Source of the DNA: Paraphysomonas bandaiensis
Taxonomy: Eukaryota; Protista; Chrysophyceae
NCBI GenBank assembly: GCA_965644295.1
Contig: CBFFRP010000068.1
Span: 62,001-126,000 of the forward strand
Reading direction: 5' to 3'
Length of the DNA: 64,000 bases
This document shows, one piece after another, positions 12,238-24,214 of this stretch. The notes under the pieces were generated by a model that had not been told where the DNA came from, ran no database searches, and was given only the letters and a program-made list of their open reading frames with translations. A program made the translations under genes and the position numbers. Position 1 is the stretch's first letter. Every line of letters begins with the position of its first letter.

Positions 12238-15004
12238 ATGATGGATTCTATGGAAGATTTTGATGATCTCATTGAATTAGAAGAGGAAAAAACAGTGAGT
12301 CCACCAGAACTGAAAACAGGAACTCATGTGGATTATTTTTTATATCGGAATATGAAAGATGATATGTTTGAGAATCTTGAGGCGTATATTGAGTGGCATA
12401 AAACACATCCACATGCTAGCACACCACGAAAACCGAAAGGTAATATTGATCAAGCTATATCTGCGGGGACATTATTCGAGCACCCGGAAAATCCTGAATT
12501 GGTGTACTTTATGGCCGGTCCGAAAGGCGTGGAGGATAGCGAGTACTATGAAGATTTTCAACCTAAGCTATTGGGATCCGATGCAGGTATACTCCTGAGT
12601 CGTTTATCGATATCCTATATATGCTTACTGTGACTGCTGTTGTTTTTAGAGTTTAAAGCTGTCAACGAAGTCGCTTATGAACATGAGCATAAACTCAGAT
12701 TGGAGAACCGGTTTGATTATGACGACCCATGGTGAGTAATTAGTACGTAGCCGCCAGATAATAGAATATCTTAATTCTTACATATAACTGTGGAGGGATA
12801 CTCACTCATCTTTAATACCTGTGAATAAATACACAGGTGGCAGCATAGTGTTCGAGATCAAGCATCTGTCCATCACGTGAGAGAGCCTCCGAAAATAGAT
12901 GACGGATCACTGTATGACCCATCTGAAAACCCAGTTGTGGTAGGGGCTGTGGTATATGTGTTGCTAGCTTGTATCGAAAATCCGAATTGCTGTAGAGCTG
13001 TGGTTGCTCTGTGTTGATCTTTTCCGTACAGCTGCCAGATATCGAAGGTATTCTGAGGGAAAAGCGGGAGAAACGAGAAGCTGCCTTACGGGAAAGGCAA
13101 GATAGACTCGCTGTTTCATCTGACTGGGGAAAGCCCCCTCGATCTAAAGCTTCTGCGAGAAAGAAACAGGTATGTAGTGATGTGTGTGTTATGAACTCTA
13201 GTTTATATGTTATTGTCGATAAGGGGTCTCGATGTGAGTTTTTTAGTTATATGTTGATGTGTGGTGTAGGACCGCCGTTCTCAATACACTGCTGGTGGTA
13301 CCCATGAATTAGAAGAGTTTGAGCGAAGAGAGTTCGAGAAGGAGGTGAAGTCACTAATTTTTTGTGCTGTTACTGTACACCCAGCGCCTATAAGAACTGA
13401 ATTTTATTGGGTTTCGTGTTTCGTAGGTTACCGCTGCCTTAGAGGAGTTTCATTCTCATGACAATTCTTTGATGGGGCAACCTGCCGGAATCAGTGCTAG
13501 TGCTCTTGAATTTGCACGTACGATTGAGGGTTATAAGGATCAGTTAGGTGGCGAAGAGAAGGTGGACAAAATGTCGCAAAAAATTATTAAGTATGCAACG
13601 AAGATACGCAAAGAACAGGACAAGGGAAAGAGTATTTTTGACGGTGCGGGGGTCGATTTCTTGGATGCATGCATGAAGGTTGGTTCCTTCGTACTGCCTG
13701 TATCACAACTATCTGGATATTATAAGTGTATATTTTTGTGCACACTTGTTCGTTAAGTGTATTTTAATCTCCTCTTTTGTACAAGGTGAATGCTGTCAAA
13801 GCCATTCCAATGCTAAACTTTGGTGCGGATCCGGACACCCTCACTGAAGAGGAGGAGCCTGTATTATTTATGCTCGTCAATAAGGTTTCTGTTTCAATGT
13901 GGATATATGTTGTGTACTGTTAATATAAGATGCATTTAGGTTATTATGAGAGATATTACGAAAGGCGGCGATGTGAGAAAGGTAGAGGTTACACTCATTT
14001 CTTCCCATCGTTTATGACATTCAATTTCACAGGGAGACAAAGAAAGAAAGAACTGCTTTAAAATCCTAAATTCTTTAGTTGAGTTCGGGGCCAAAGTTGA
14101 TTTCTTTGTGGGGGATGAGAGTTACTCCCCTTTACACCACGCTGCATCAGCTGGAAATGTCGATTTAGTCGAGTTTCTGCTTAAGAGTGGTGCCAACCCG
14201 AACATCCGATGTCCGAAAACGAAGATATCACCCCTGATGCTGATGGCGAAGTTTAGTCACGCTGAGTGTGTAATGTTGATGATTCAGTATAAAGCTGATA
14301 TGGATGTCAGAGATGTAAGCCCATGACCGTGTTGATTGTCGTAGTTCCGAATTGTATTCCTTGTTATTACTAGTTTGTGTTGGCCTGTCGGAAATGGCAG
14401 ATAACTCAACAATATGTCTAGTTTTTGTATGATGGTTATTGTATAGAGTGAGGGGAAAACAGCGCTGCATTATTGCGCGGAATTTGGACAAACTAAAATG
14501 TCTAAATTCATGCTCCGGTTAGGTGCGAAGAGAGAACTGCGGGACAATGTGAGTTGTTATCTTTCCACAGCTTACTCTATCATCGTGTTTGCATCACATG
14601 ATAGTGGATAATTCTTTAATATTTGTTTTCAGTTTGACAGGACTGCGGCTGAGCTTGCACTCGAGTGTGGAAATATGGTTGTTGCTCAAACCATTATGGG
14701 CTACGCACCCAAGTTCAAGCATGCGAAGGATCCGCTAGAGTTCCTGAACGCCCAAATCGCACAACGTATTATCGATGAAGCTAATAGGAACAAGGGTGTG
14801 TTAGGGAGAATGGGATCAAATGTGAAGAATGTGATAGGAGGTGCAATGAAGAGAATTGGAAATATATTCAGTAGCAAAGATGCAGAGGAGGGGTGGTGGG
14901 AGCGTTTAAAAGACCGTATGATCGAGAAATATCGGTGGTATAAAGATAACGACTTCAAAGATTGGTTTAAGCGAAGTAGTGATGCCACAGTTCACCCTGA
15001 ATAA
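12238..15004 (+). CDS. Multi-exon ankyrin-repeat protein
   Basis: Ankyrin motifs SPLHHAASAGNVDLVEFLLKSGANPN, SPLMLMAK, GKTALHYCAEFGQTK, DRTAAELA across exons separated by GT-AG introns. Confidence 0.85.
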
Positions 15005-15623
15005 GATATTTTCTTTCCGAGGCTTTCATGTAACTAGTATTGATGTCAGAACAGTGTAGCTGACAACGTATAGTGCTATTTTTGTAGAGATTGTACATTG
15101 TTAATTTCTATTTGATTGTAGCTGTGTTGCCATGAATTGTACAATATTATGGCTGTCCATCGATAGAGGAATTACGCTATGTGTATATTTATTCTTGTAC
15201 ATCAGCTACTGAAATTATTAATCGAATACTATAGATCTATTCCATACCAATCGGTGAACTTTGTTTTATTGGTTAGTTCAACCTTAGCTGAATTATAATT
15301 ATATTCAAGCTATCTAACAGCGGGAGGATACCTGTTACCTGCAAGGTCTTATCATTCCATATGGCCTTAAGAGAGTAACTACAGAATTATCTGTTACTGA
15401 GATAATAGATAATAGTCTCCTATTCACGATAACCTTGTGGTATATCCGCAATCAAGCTGAATAATAACTACATATGTAGAAAGTAGGACAACTAGCTAAT
15501 ACGCTTCTGTTGCTAATAATAAGACACCCTCAACAAAGTCGGACTCGCACCTTTTCGTGTGGTGTTCTAGGGGATAAGTACCGGAGATATTTCTCCGGGA
15601 AACTAACGTGAGCCGCAAACATA

Positions 15624-16030
15624 ATCAGCAGATATTCTTCTGCCCACTCATAGCCGAATGCTTGTGTGGTACAAGGGACACCAATAAGTGCCACTTGTGT
15701 AGACGTCTTTGGGCCCTGACGAATAAACAGGAATCCGGAAATGGGCTCACCTCAAGGGCATCCGGGACAGGGCCCACCTGAAGGGAAACCAGGGTATTGG
15801 GCTGCCTGCTGAAGTCAAGCATCCGGGATGTTCACCTTAAGAACTCAGAGCGGAAGTGGTCGCATCTTGGTGTTTGCGGCGACGCACAAGCAGCTTCCGT
15901 AGCGTTAAATAGTAGGATAAAAAAAGTGTGTATTGATTAGTTACAGGTAGAGATCTAACTAGTTTGTGTAGCATTCATCTAGTTACTAAGTTGGTGCAGG
16001 TTTTTAACGCCTATTGCTAATAATAAGACT
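15624..16030 (+). mobile_element. Dispersed repeat family, copy B, ending in GCTAATAATAAGAC
   Basis: 15624-15740 aligns in reverse with 17020-17137; 15850-16030 aligns in reverse with 21348-21530 and 1198-1330. Confidence 0.75.
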
Positions 16031-16800
16031 TTCAATAGACAGAGTGTTAAAACAAAGGCGTAGTAACTGTAGCAGCGTGGTAGTACATGTCTATCTATAT
16101 AATAATAAGACATTGTATACAATATACAATATACAGTGCATTATCCATCTTACACGCTTCTTGCCAATAGGAAGTCTTGTGTAATATTATATCTGACTGA
16201 TGGGGTGTAGTTAACTGAATAATGTTCAGTGAAAATACTACAGGATATTTCCTTACCAAAACATTTTAGTATAAAAATGCTTTTTATTTCAATATTAATA
16301 TTGTTTGTTATTAGGGGTACATGAGACACATATATCATATATCTTTCTCATAGAATCGCTTCGTTGATTTTTTCTTTCCTTTTGTTTTATTCATATTTGA
16401 TAGAACCATTTTGATATATGTAAACTTATGCATATATCTGTGTGTGTTGAGGATTTTGAAGGATAGATATTCTGAAATCTAAGCAGCGTATGGACAATTC
16501 GTGTTTTTGGGCCAAATTTACATGTTCATCATTATTCAACACACAGAGCATCAGAGCAACAAATGAAATACACGTTTTGTCAGAAAATCATTATTATTAT
16601 AAAATGAAATTGCTTCATTATAATTGATCTTCAGCTCTCATGAGCTCAGTGTTGCCTTCTTTACGTTACAGTTGAGTACCGAAAGCGGTTTTCCACCGCC
16701 TCACTTCCAACCTTTTAACCTCGAAATCATTGCTTCTTCTTTTCGCTGAATATTTCTGCGCACAGAACAATGTTGACGGAGGGAATAATGCAGTCGCAAA

Positions 16801-17137
16801 TGTCTTATTACTAGCAATAGAGGTGTTTAATAGTCAGTGCTTATCTCTGATATTTAACGCTACAAAAGAACCAACATGAAACCACTTTCGCTCCATCACT
16901 CAAAGCAAACGCAGTGAGCAAGCAGAATGCTGATATACCTGGCATCTGCTGACTTCAGGATTTTGGAATCCTTAAGGTGGACAGCCCGGATGGTTGACTT
17001 CAGAAGTTGTGGGCCCACCAGATTCCTGTTTATTCGCCAAGGCCCAAATACGTCTACACAAGTGACACTTATATTAGTGCTTCTTGTACCACACAGGCAT
17101 TCGGCTATGAGTGGACAGAAACTAATATCTGCTGACT
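16801..17137 (-). mobile_element. Dispersed repeat family, copy C (inverted relative to copy B)
   Basis: Begins TGTCTTATTACTAGCAATAG; clear similarity to copies A and B. Confidence 0.75.
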
Positions 17138-17907
17138 ATATATAGAGTGAATGATATAAAGTAACTAACATGAGTGTTCATAGATGTGTCACTGGTGCAG
17201 GTATATATCCAGGGGTTACTATATATATATATCATCATGATGATCATTTGCTACATCTTTCTATCAAAAGTGGATCATAATAAAACTTAATTTAAGAGTT
17301 CTATCAGGTTTGATTGTGTATATATGGAGGTATATCTATAAACCACTCCCATATGGAGTATATCCATTCATAGTATCATGTAGTTGTATTCATGTAATGA
17401 AATCAAACATACTTAAAGTATTATAAACTTTAAGTGAGTATATTAAATAAACTTTTCATAATTTTATATCTTATGTATTGGGTACTTTAAGTAGACTCTC
17501 ATATGGACATACTAACGTATGCATGTATATGGACGTGTCCACTCTCAGGCTGCTGTGCTAGTTTGTACGTATTATATTCATTTTTAGTGGATTTTTATAA
17601 GCAAATTCGATATATATAAGACTTTTTTTTTATTTTCTTATTCATTTAGTGGATTTTTATATACAGTAGATTTCGAAAATCTAGAGCTTTTTAGGACCAC
17701 GAATTCAGTGGATATTCTCTATGGAGTACAAAATAATGTGGATTTTAATTAGAGGTCGAGTTTAGTGTAGATTCTATATAGAGTATACTGCTGTAGCCAG
17801 CAGCCATATATACATATATATATAGAGAGAGAGAGATGATGGTCTCCTCCATATATATCCACACTCTCACTCTCTATTCTATCTTCTATCCTCTCATATC
17901 ACTTCTA

Positions 17908-17970
17908 TAAACAACAAACAACAACAACAACAACAACAAACAACAACAACAACAACAAACAACAACAACA
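17908..17970 (+). repeat. (CAA)n microsatellite immediately upstream of the LigA start
   Basis: Direct reading. Confidence 0.9.
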
Positions 17971-17980
17971 CACAATTATA

Positions 17981-20760
17981 ATGTTAATAAAATACTTTCG
18001 TAAATCATCTTATTCAATCTTTCATTTATTCTATCAATCATATCACTATATCTCATCAACTATATCATATCATGATGCTTATAATATCTTACAATCACTT
18101 AATCAACAAATATTAATACATGATCATTTATATTATATTAATGCTACACCAATTATTACTGATATACAATATGATCAAATTATCTTACATGCACAATCTA
18201 TTATATCAATATATCCATCATTAAAACATATTATAACCAAGTTTCATACTGTAGGATGTAGTTATCCTACAGGGGAGATTGTAGAATATAATCATATTAC
18301 ACCAATGTTATCATTAGAAAATACATTTAATTATGAAGGAATTCAAAAATTTATTACTGATGTTATACAACATTGTGCCCAGCATCATCCTCATATGGAA
18401 TCTATTGGAGTGGTTGTAGAACCTAAAGTGGATGGTGTTTCTATGTCGGTGAGGTATAAACAGGGTCAGATGATTCAAGCGGGTACTAGAGGTGATGGGA
18501 TGATTGGAGAAGATATTACCCGTTGTGCAAAGAATATTTTGGGGGTACCTCCTACACTACATTTGTCAGATTCATTAGCTCGTGAAGAGCTCATTGAGGT
18601 CCGAGGAGAAGTGTATATATCATCAAGGGATTTTCAAAAAATATCCCAAGATGCCTCTGACGCTGGAAAACCCGTCCCGGCTACTGCTCGAAACACGGTA
18701 GCAGGGGCACTACGTGCACTAGACGAGGTAGTGGTTGCGGAACGGCGATTGAGATTTCTTGCCTACTCGCTTTCAATTCAGACCGATGATGGAGCTGTGG
18801 AAACTCAATCTGACTGCTTGCACACTCTTGCTTCACTTGGTTTCAATACACCTTATTATAAGCATTTCTCCCTTCCACTACTCGCGAATATTCAAGATGA
18901 AGAAAATAGTATCAGTGTCCCCGATATAGATCCTATATTGGCTCATTGTACAGATATGGAAACTCATCGCGAAAGCTTGGGATTTGATGCAGATGGGTGT
19001 GTGATCAAGGTGGATCCTACATCAGTGCAACTCTCTCTGGGGTGTAGACAGCGATCTCCTCGATGGGCACTGGCTTTCAAATTCTCTCCACAAGAAGCTG
19101 TCACTGAGTTACGTGATATAACTGTGCAGGTGGTGCAATTTGATCTGCTCTCTATTCAACCAATCATACACTGTCATACTTTCATGAACAGGTCGGGAGA
19201 ACAGGCGTTCTGACTCCTGTTGCGATTTTATCTCCAGTTGTTATTGGAGGAGTCACAGTCGAGCGTGCCACTCTGCACAATCAACGCGAGGTATCCCGAC
19301 TGCGATTGGTCCCTGGCTGTCATGTGGTAGTGAAAAGGGCTGGTGACGTTATTCCAAAGGTTGTGTCACGAGTTTCGCCAACTCATATTGGGGAAGAAAT
19401 GGATGAAGATGAAAAGAACTTTTCTGGCTTTCAGATGCCTTCTCACTGTCCAGTTTGTTGTAGCCCGGTGATTAAGGTCGAGAGCTCGACGACAAGTGCA
19501 GACGGTGAAACGAGCTACACTCATCGCTGTAGTGGGGGACATACTTGTCCTGCTCAAGTAGTTGAAAAGCTTCGGTGCGTCGGAATTGTATTGGCTAAAA
19601 AGTAGTCGGAATTGACCTTATTTCACAGGCATTTCTGTTCTAAGGCTGCCTGCAATGTTCGTGGTATCGGTCCCAGTTCTGCTGAATTCTTATGCAAGGT
19701 ACGTGATATGCTTGGACTGAATCGCGCCTCCACTGTTCTGAGCTGGTTTATATTTAGAATGGGTTGGTTTCCCGTCCGGTGGACCTATATACTCTTGAGC
19801 AGAGACAGATGCGCTTGGAAGCGACGTCGGGTGAAAACACTACGGAAGTTGTACTCTCGAGTTGTAAGGGTTGGGGTAAAACAGCGCTACGAAATTTGTA
19901 TAATTCTATTGAAAAGAGTAGACAAACAACCTGTGCAAGGTCTGTTACTCTGTGTCATGTATATTCAACTGCCGTGTAAAATTGGATGCATGTTCTATAA
20001 TTTGAAGTTCATAGTTGGTGTAGGCTATTATATGCCCTGGGTGTACCTCATGTAGGTGAACGTACGGCCTTTGATATTGCACATGCTTTTGGAAACGACT
20101 TCAGAAATCTATGGAATTATGTTTGCAGTGAATCAGGTATGTTCCTTAGATGCCATGTCGCAATTTAATTGTTCCATAGACGGTAAGGGCGGTGGAGCGA
20201 AACTTCTAGAAATCCCAGGGGTGGGACCTAAGGCGGTAGAATCGCTACTTAAATTTGCCAGCTCTGAAAATTCAAGTCGTGCGGATGTGGACGATCTTTT
20301 GCAATATATGGTGCTCCCTGGAGGACACTCTGGCAGCGATGAATCCGGCATGTCAGATTCAACTCAGCAACCCCAGGGTGCAGTATCCAACCTGCTGAAT
20401 GGAAGAAATGTAGTTTTTTCTGGGAAAATGAGCAGTATGACGAGATCTGAAGCCCAACAGCTATGTCTAAAGCTAGGTACCATTCGTCACGCTGTATTAT
20501 ATGATTTTGCCTAAGTGCAGTGTGTATTGAATTTCTTTATCATCATTTTATTTGATTCTTACCTTCGGCCTGAAACAGGGGGAAAATACTACTCACGAAT
20601 GTCACCTTCCACTAACCTAGTAGTGATTCCTGGTGATGGTAAGAAAAAGTCGAAATTGATAGCGGCTGAAGAACGTGGGATAGAGATCTGGAGCGAGGAT
20701 AAGTGGCTGAATTGCGTGGAGAGTGGTTTAGGCTCTACATGGCGTGAATCTTTGCCATAA
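17981..20760 (+). CDS. ligA: NAD+-dependent DNA ligase (LigA family), 7 exons, possibly organelle-targeted
   Basis: HDHLYY/YDQ (domain Ia), MLSLEN, EPKVDG adenylation motif, EVRGEVY, DGCVIK, PRWALAFKF, spliced VQVGRTGVLTPVA, RATLHN, KRAGDVIPKV, C4 zinc finger (CPVC..CSGGHTC), HhH (GIG, ALGVPHVG, IPGVG), BRCT (GRNVVFSGK); six GT-AG introns, the first at about 19130-19190. Confidence 0.95.
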
Positions 20761-21347
20761 AGATTTTATGCGTACTGTCCGACTTTTCTAAGTGTGATAT
20801 AGTGTCTCTGTATTTATATTTTATGCTTTAAATAGATATTACGTGGCCTTTCAATGTGCTATGCTATATGAAAACTTTATAAAAGAGAGTAGGATATACT
20901 TTCAGTTAGAGTTATGGAATACTTAGTACTCCATATATAATCCGAAAGTATGTTATGGTCAATTAGAATCTTTGTTTCTTGGTTAATTACATTCCAGCTG
21001 CGGAATTAATTTAAAATTACAGAGTACATTGAAACTGTGTTTTGTTGAGGTTTGCTGTTTGAGCAATTAGAGGCTGTAATTCTAAGGTATTGGAATTATG
21101 ACCGTTAGTCGAAGAATACAGTAGTGTATAACAGTATTATATATTATGAGAAGTAACAACATGATAACTACTGTAATGAAACGGAATATATAATATATTG
21201 ATCATACAAGATAGCGACGATGCAAGATCGTACAAAAATGATTGGTCGTAGAGATAACATGAATTTGGTGAATGAGAAGAGATATTATTATAATATTTAT
21301 AACAAGATTAATACTATCGTACATGAAATATACTACAAGAATTAAAC

Positions 21348-21530
21348 GTCTTTTTATTTAGCAATAGGCGTTAGAAACCTGTACCAATATAGTGGTTAGT
21401 GGAATGCTAGTCATGCTAGTTAGACCTCTACCCATAACTAATCCGTACAAATTCCGTTATCCTACTATTTAACGCTACAGAAGCTGCTTGTGCGTCGCCG
21501 CAAGCACCAAGGTGCAACCACTTCCGTTCT
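21348..21530 (-). mobile_element. Dispersed repeat family, copy D (GC-richer degenerate sequence continues to about 21950)
   Basis: Colinear with the reverse complement of 15850-16030. Confidence 0.75.
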
Positions 21531-22306
21531 AAATTTTGTTTGTGAGTTTCGCCCTGCTCGTGCGTCTTTGACTCACTGGCGCGTGTTGTCTGGGGGTCTT
21601 CCCTTAGGATACGGCTCCACCAGGCTCTGTGGGACAGGGTTTTGCATTAAGGTCCGAAGTGTACGAGTACTAGATGTGTGTTCTGTGAGGTGAGTGGAGT
21701 GGTGGAAGGTGTCGGTATTTCCTTGCATCGCTTGGGCATCAGGCATAGGTGTAGTTGCCGGAGACGGCGTCTTTGTCGAGGACCAGATGTTTTCAAGCAG
21801 TCCGGTGCTTTTTTCCTGCGTGCATGAGAGGTGGTGCATGTGGTTGCAGTGGATGGTAGTCCAGTCTCTGGTCGTCTTTGGACAAGTATGTTATAACAAG
21901 TATGAAGCAACAACTGAAAAAGCTGCAATATTTTCAGCTCTGTTGTGAGAACTACAAGTGTCACTCTGCCACTCTATTGCAATGTATATTGACTGATTCC
22001 AGTTGCATGAAATTGGTTACAGGGTAGCCCCTATAAGAATCTCAAATGGGCGCGCCTTATAAGGGCCACCCACCTTATAGGGGCCAGGGAGCTGGAACAC
22101 AACACCACATGATATCTCATAATATAGCATAATACAATTGTATACTGTAATGGTGGGTGTGTCAAATATAGCGAGATTATTATTTTCACCATCACGTTGT
22201 CGCTTACATTATTCCACTCTAGCGAAGGTAGCATCCGACAGTTAATATGATGGGAAATGTGATTGAAGCAATGCAGATGCTAATTCATATTTGACTTTCA
22301 ACACGT

Positions 22307-22650
22307 ATGGTTCTTATTCAAGTAGTACCCCGACCTGTATATGCACCGACCAATAAAAGAAAGGCCTACACATTGGAAACAAAACAGTTTGTTTACAATG
22401 CTGTAAAGGACGAGGGATTAAATCATGCAGAAGCTGCATTACGCTTTGGTATTGTCAAACGGGAAAACCACGGTCCAAAAAATAGTTAAAGATGGCCCGT
22501 ATGATTCATGCAGCGGAAGAGGATTGACAGATGCATTATTTTGAAAGTTGAAGACAGTTTAATTGAGCAAGCTGTAATGCTAAGAAATAATAATTTGGCC
22601 GCGTCAAGACAGGATGCAGAGAGATATCCTCTTTCTCAAACTCACCGAGC
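22307..22650 (+). pseudogene. Degenerate pogo/Tc5-like transposase N-terminus (HTH plus CENP-B-type DNA-binding remnant)
   Basis: KRKAYTLETKQFVYNAVKDEGLNHAEAALRFGI, then after a frameshift RKRIDRCIILKVEDSLIEQAVMLRNNNL. Confidence 0.5.
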
Positions 22651-22794
22651 ATTATGAGAATCTATAGCAAAATCGTATACAAGATTGTATATACATATAT
22701 ATCAATTCATGCGTGTCTGAATATGGCTAAACCTAACCCCAAATTATTATTTCTCAGTATTACAAATTGCTCAACTGAACTATCCTTAACTTAC

Positions 22795-22950
22795 AAAATA
22801 ATGCATCGGTCAATCCTCTTCCGATAATTGAAATGAATCATAAGGATCACTTTTAACTATTCTTTGAACTGTCTACAATACCAAAGTTTACTATAGCATC
22901 TTGTATGCTTTAATCTTTCATCATTCACAGTAGTATAAACATACTGTTTG
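22795..22950 (-). pseudogene. Second, inverted and more degenerate copy of the pogo-like HTH fragment
   Basis: Reverse complement matches 22380-22545 (e.g. CGGAAGAGGATTGAC.GATGCATTATTTTG). Confidence 0.55.
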
Positions 22951-23159
22951 AGTTCTATTATGTATGATTTTCTTGTATTTAATCAGTAGAAATGATAGTA
23001 TAAGATCATAACAATCATTCATGATGAAATAGTGGAAGGTAAGGATGTGTTGAATATAATAATTGTGTATATATATGTGCTTATATATGTTTATATATGT
23101 ATGAGATTAGCCTTAAGATGGAAGTATATGACATGAAGTAGATCGAAGAAAAATTATTT

Positions 23160-24214
23160 AGCCCGCACCGCAGGTGCGGGATCCCGCACCCTTGTTTTTA
23201 CACAAAGGCCGCACAGCAAGTGCGCCCATCGAGTGATCCAATCAGCAGAGTGCATCATAGCATAGTGCATCATATCACATGCATCGAGTATATGTATATA
23301 GTAATATGACGAGGCAGCCATATGCAGCAGATACACGTTAATGAGTGCTTGAATGATAGGTGATAACATGTTGCTACCATCAAGAAAACGTTTCTCGTCA
23401 TCGTACAATAGGCCGAGTCCTTTAGTCAATACTCGATTTAGTTTTTTCTGTTTGTTGACGTTGTCTACCATAGGGTATACAGTAAATCATAGATATGTGA
23501 AGTATGTCCACTTACCGGAGAAATCAGATGCCCGATGTATAATGTATTCACCTATGCGCTTCATTAGTTCTTTCCCCACTGGACTTGTTTTCTCTGATAT
23601 ACGCACTCCTTGTGCGATACACCGCTTGATAATATGCTTTGATACTGCCGCTCTCACATCTTTGTACCACAGCTCATTGGAGCTGCTTAATAACTCATTT
23701 CTTTTAAATCGCTTCGTCAGCGCAGTCTTCGTGTCTGACAAATACTGCCAAGCAGTACCTAGGGTCAAAGGCTTCTTCGTTGTTCCATGGACGGCGTGAT
23801 CGATCAAAAAGCCACCGAAACATTGAAATAGTTCTACATTTATATCACTGTCTATGAGTTCCTTATACCTCTTCTTCCCGTCGAACCGCATCTCCAAGTA
23901 CTTCGCAAACTGAGCTAACGCAGAGGAGTTACGATTTTTGGTTTCCCCATCACCGACTTTTCTAATGCCCCCTGTGGTAGTTGATTCCGTGGTAGTTGAT
24001 TCCGTGGTAGTTGATTCCGTGGTAGTTGATTCCATGCTACTATGATATGTTCTCGCTGTTATTATGTTCTGTATGTATGATACCATGCTGTGATGAGAGA
24101 GCTCCTCCTTCAACACCCACCTCCCTGGATCTATTACTCACCAGCAACACCATACATACCACTGGTCACTCATCATCACCACTTATATAGTTCCACACCA
24201 TTATGGTGCGGGCT
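23160..24214 (-). mobile_element. Putative Crypton-like (tyrosine-recombinase) element remnant encoding only the N-terminal core-binding region
   Basis: ORF from ATG 24035 with KPLTLGTAWQYLSDTK..WYKDVR, resembling stramenopile YR N-termini; probable intron at about 23465-23515; ends marked by inverted AGCCCGCACC (23160) and GGTGCGGGCT (24205). Confidence 0.4.
23974..24033. repeat. 15-bp perfect tandem repeat x4 (encodes ESTTT on the minus strand)
   Basis: GTGGTAGTTGATTCC x4. Confidence 0.95.

Noticed and set aside
15712-15750. CTGACGA...GAAA resembling a hammerhead ribozyme core in repeat copy B
   Set aside because: No stem II pairing, and the core is not conserved in copies A and C
17548-17805. 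8-bp inverted GGCTGCTG/CAGCAGCC flanking repeated TAGTGGATTTT motifs
   Set aside because: Too short and no TSD, so not called a MITE; more likely LigA promoter sequence
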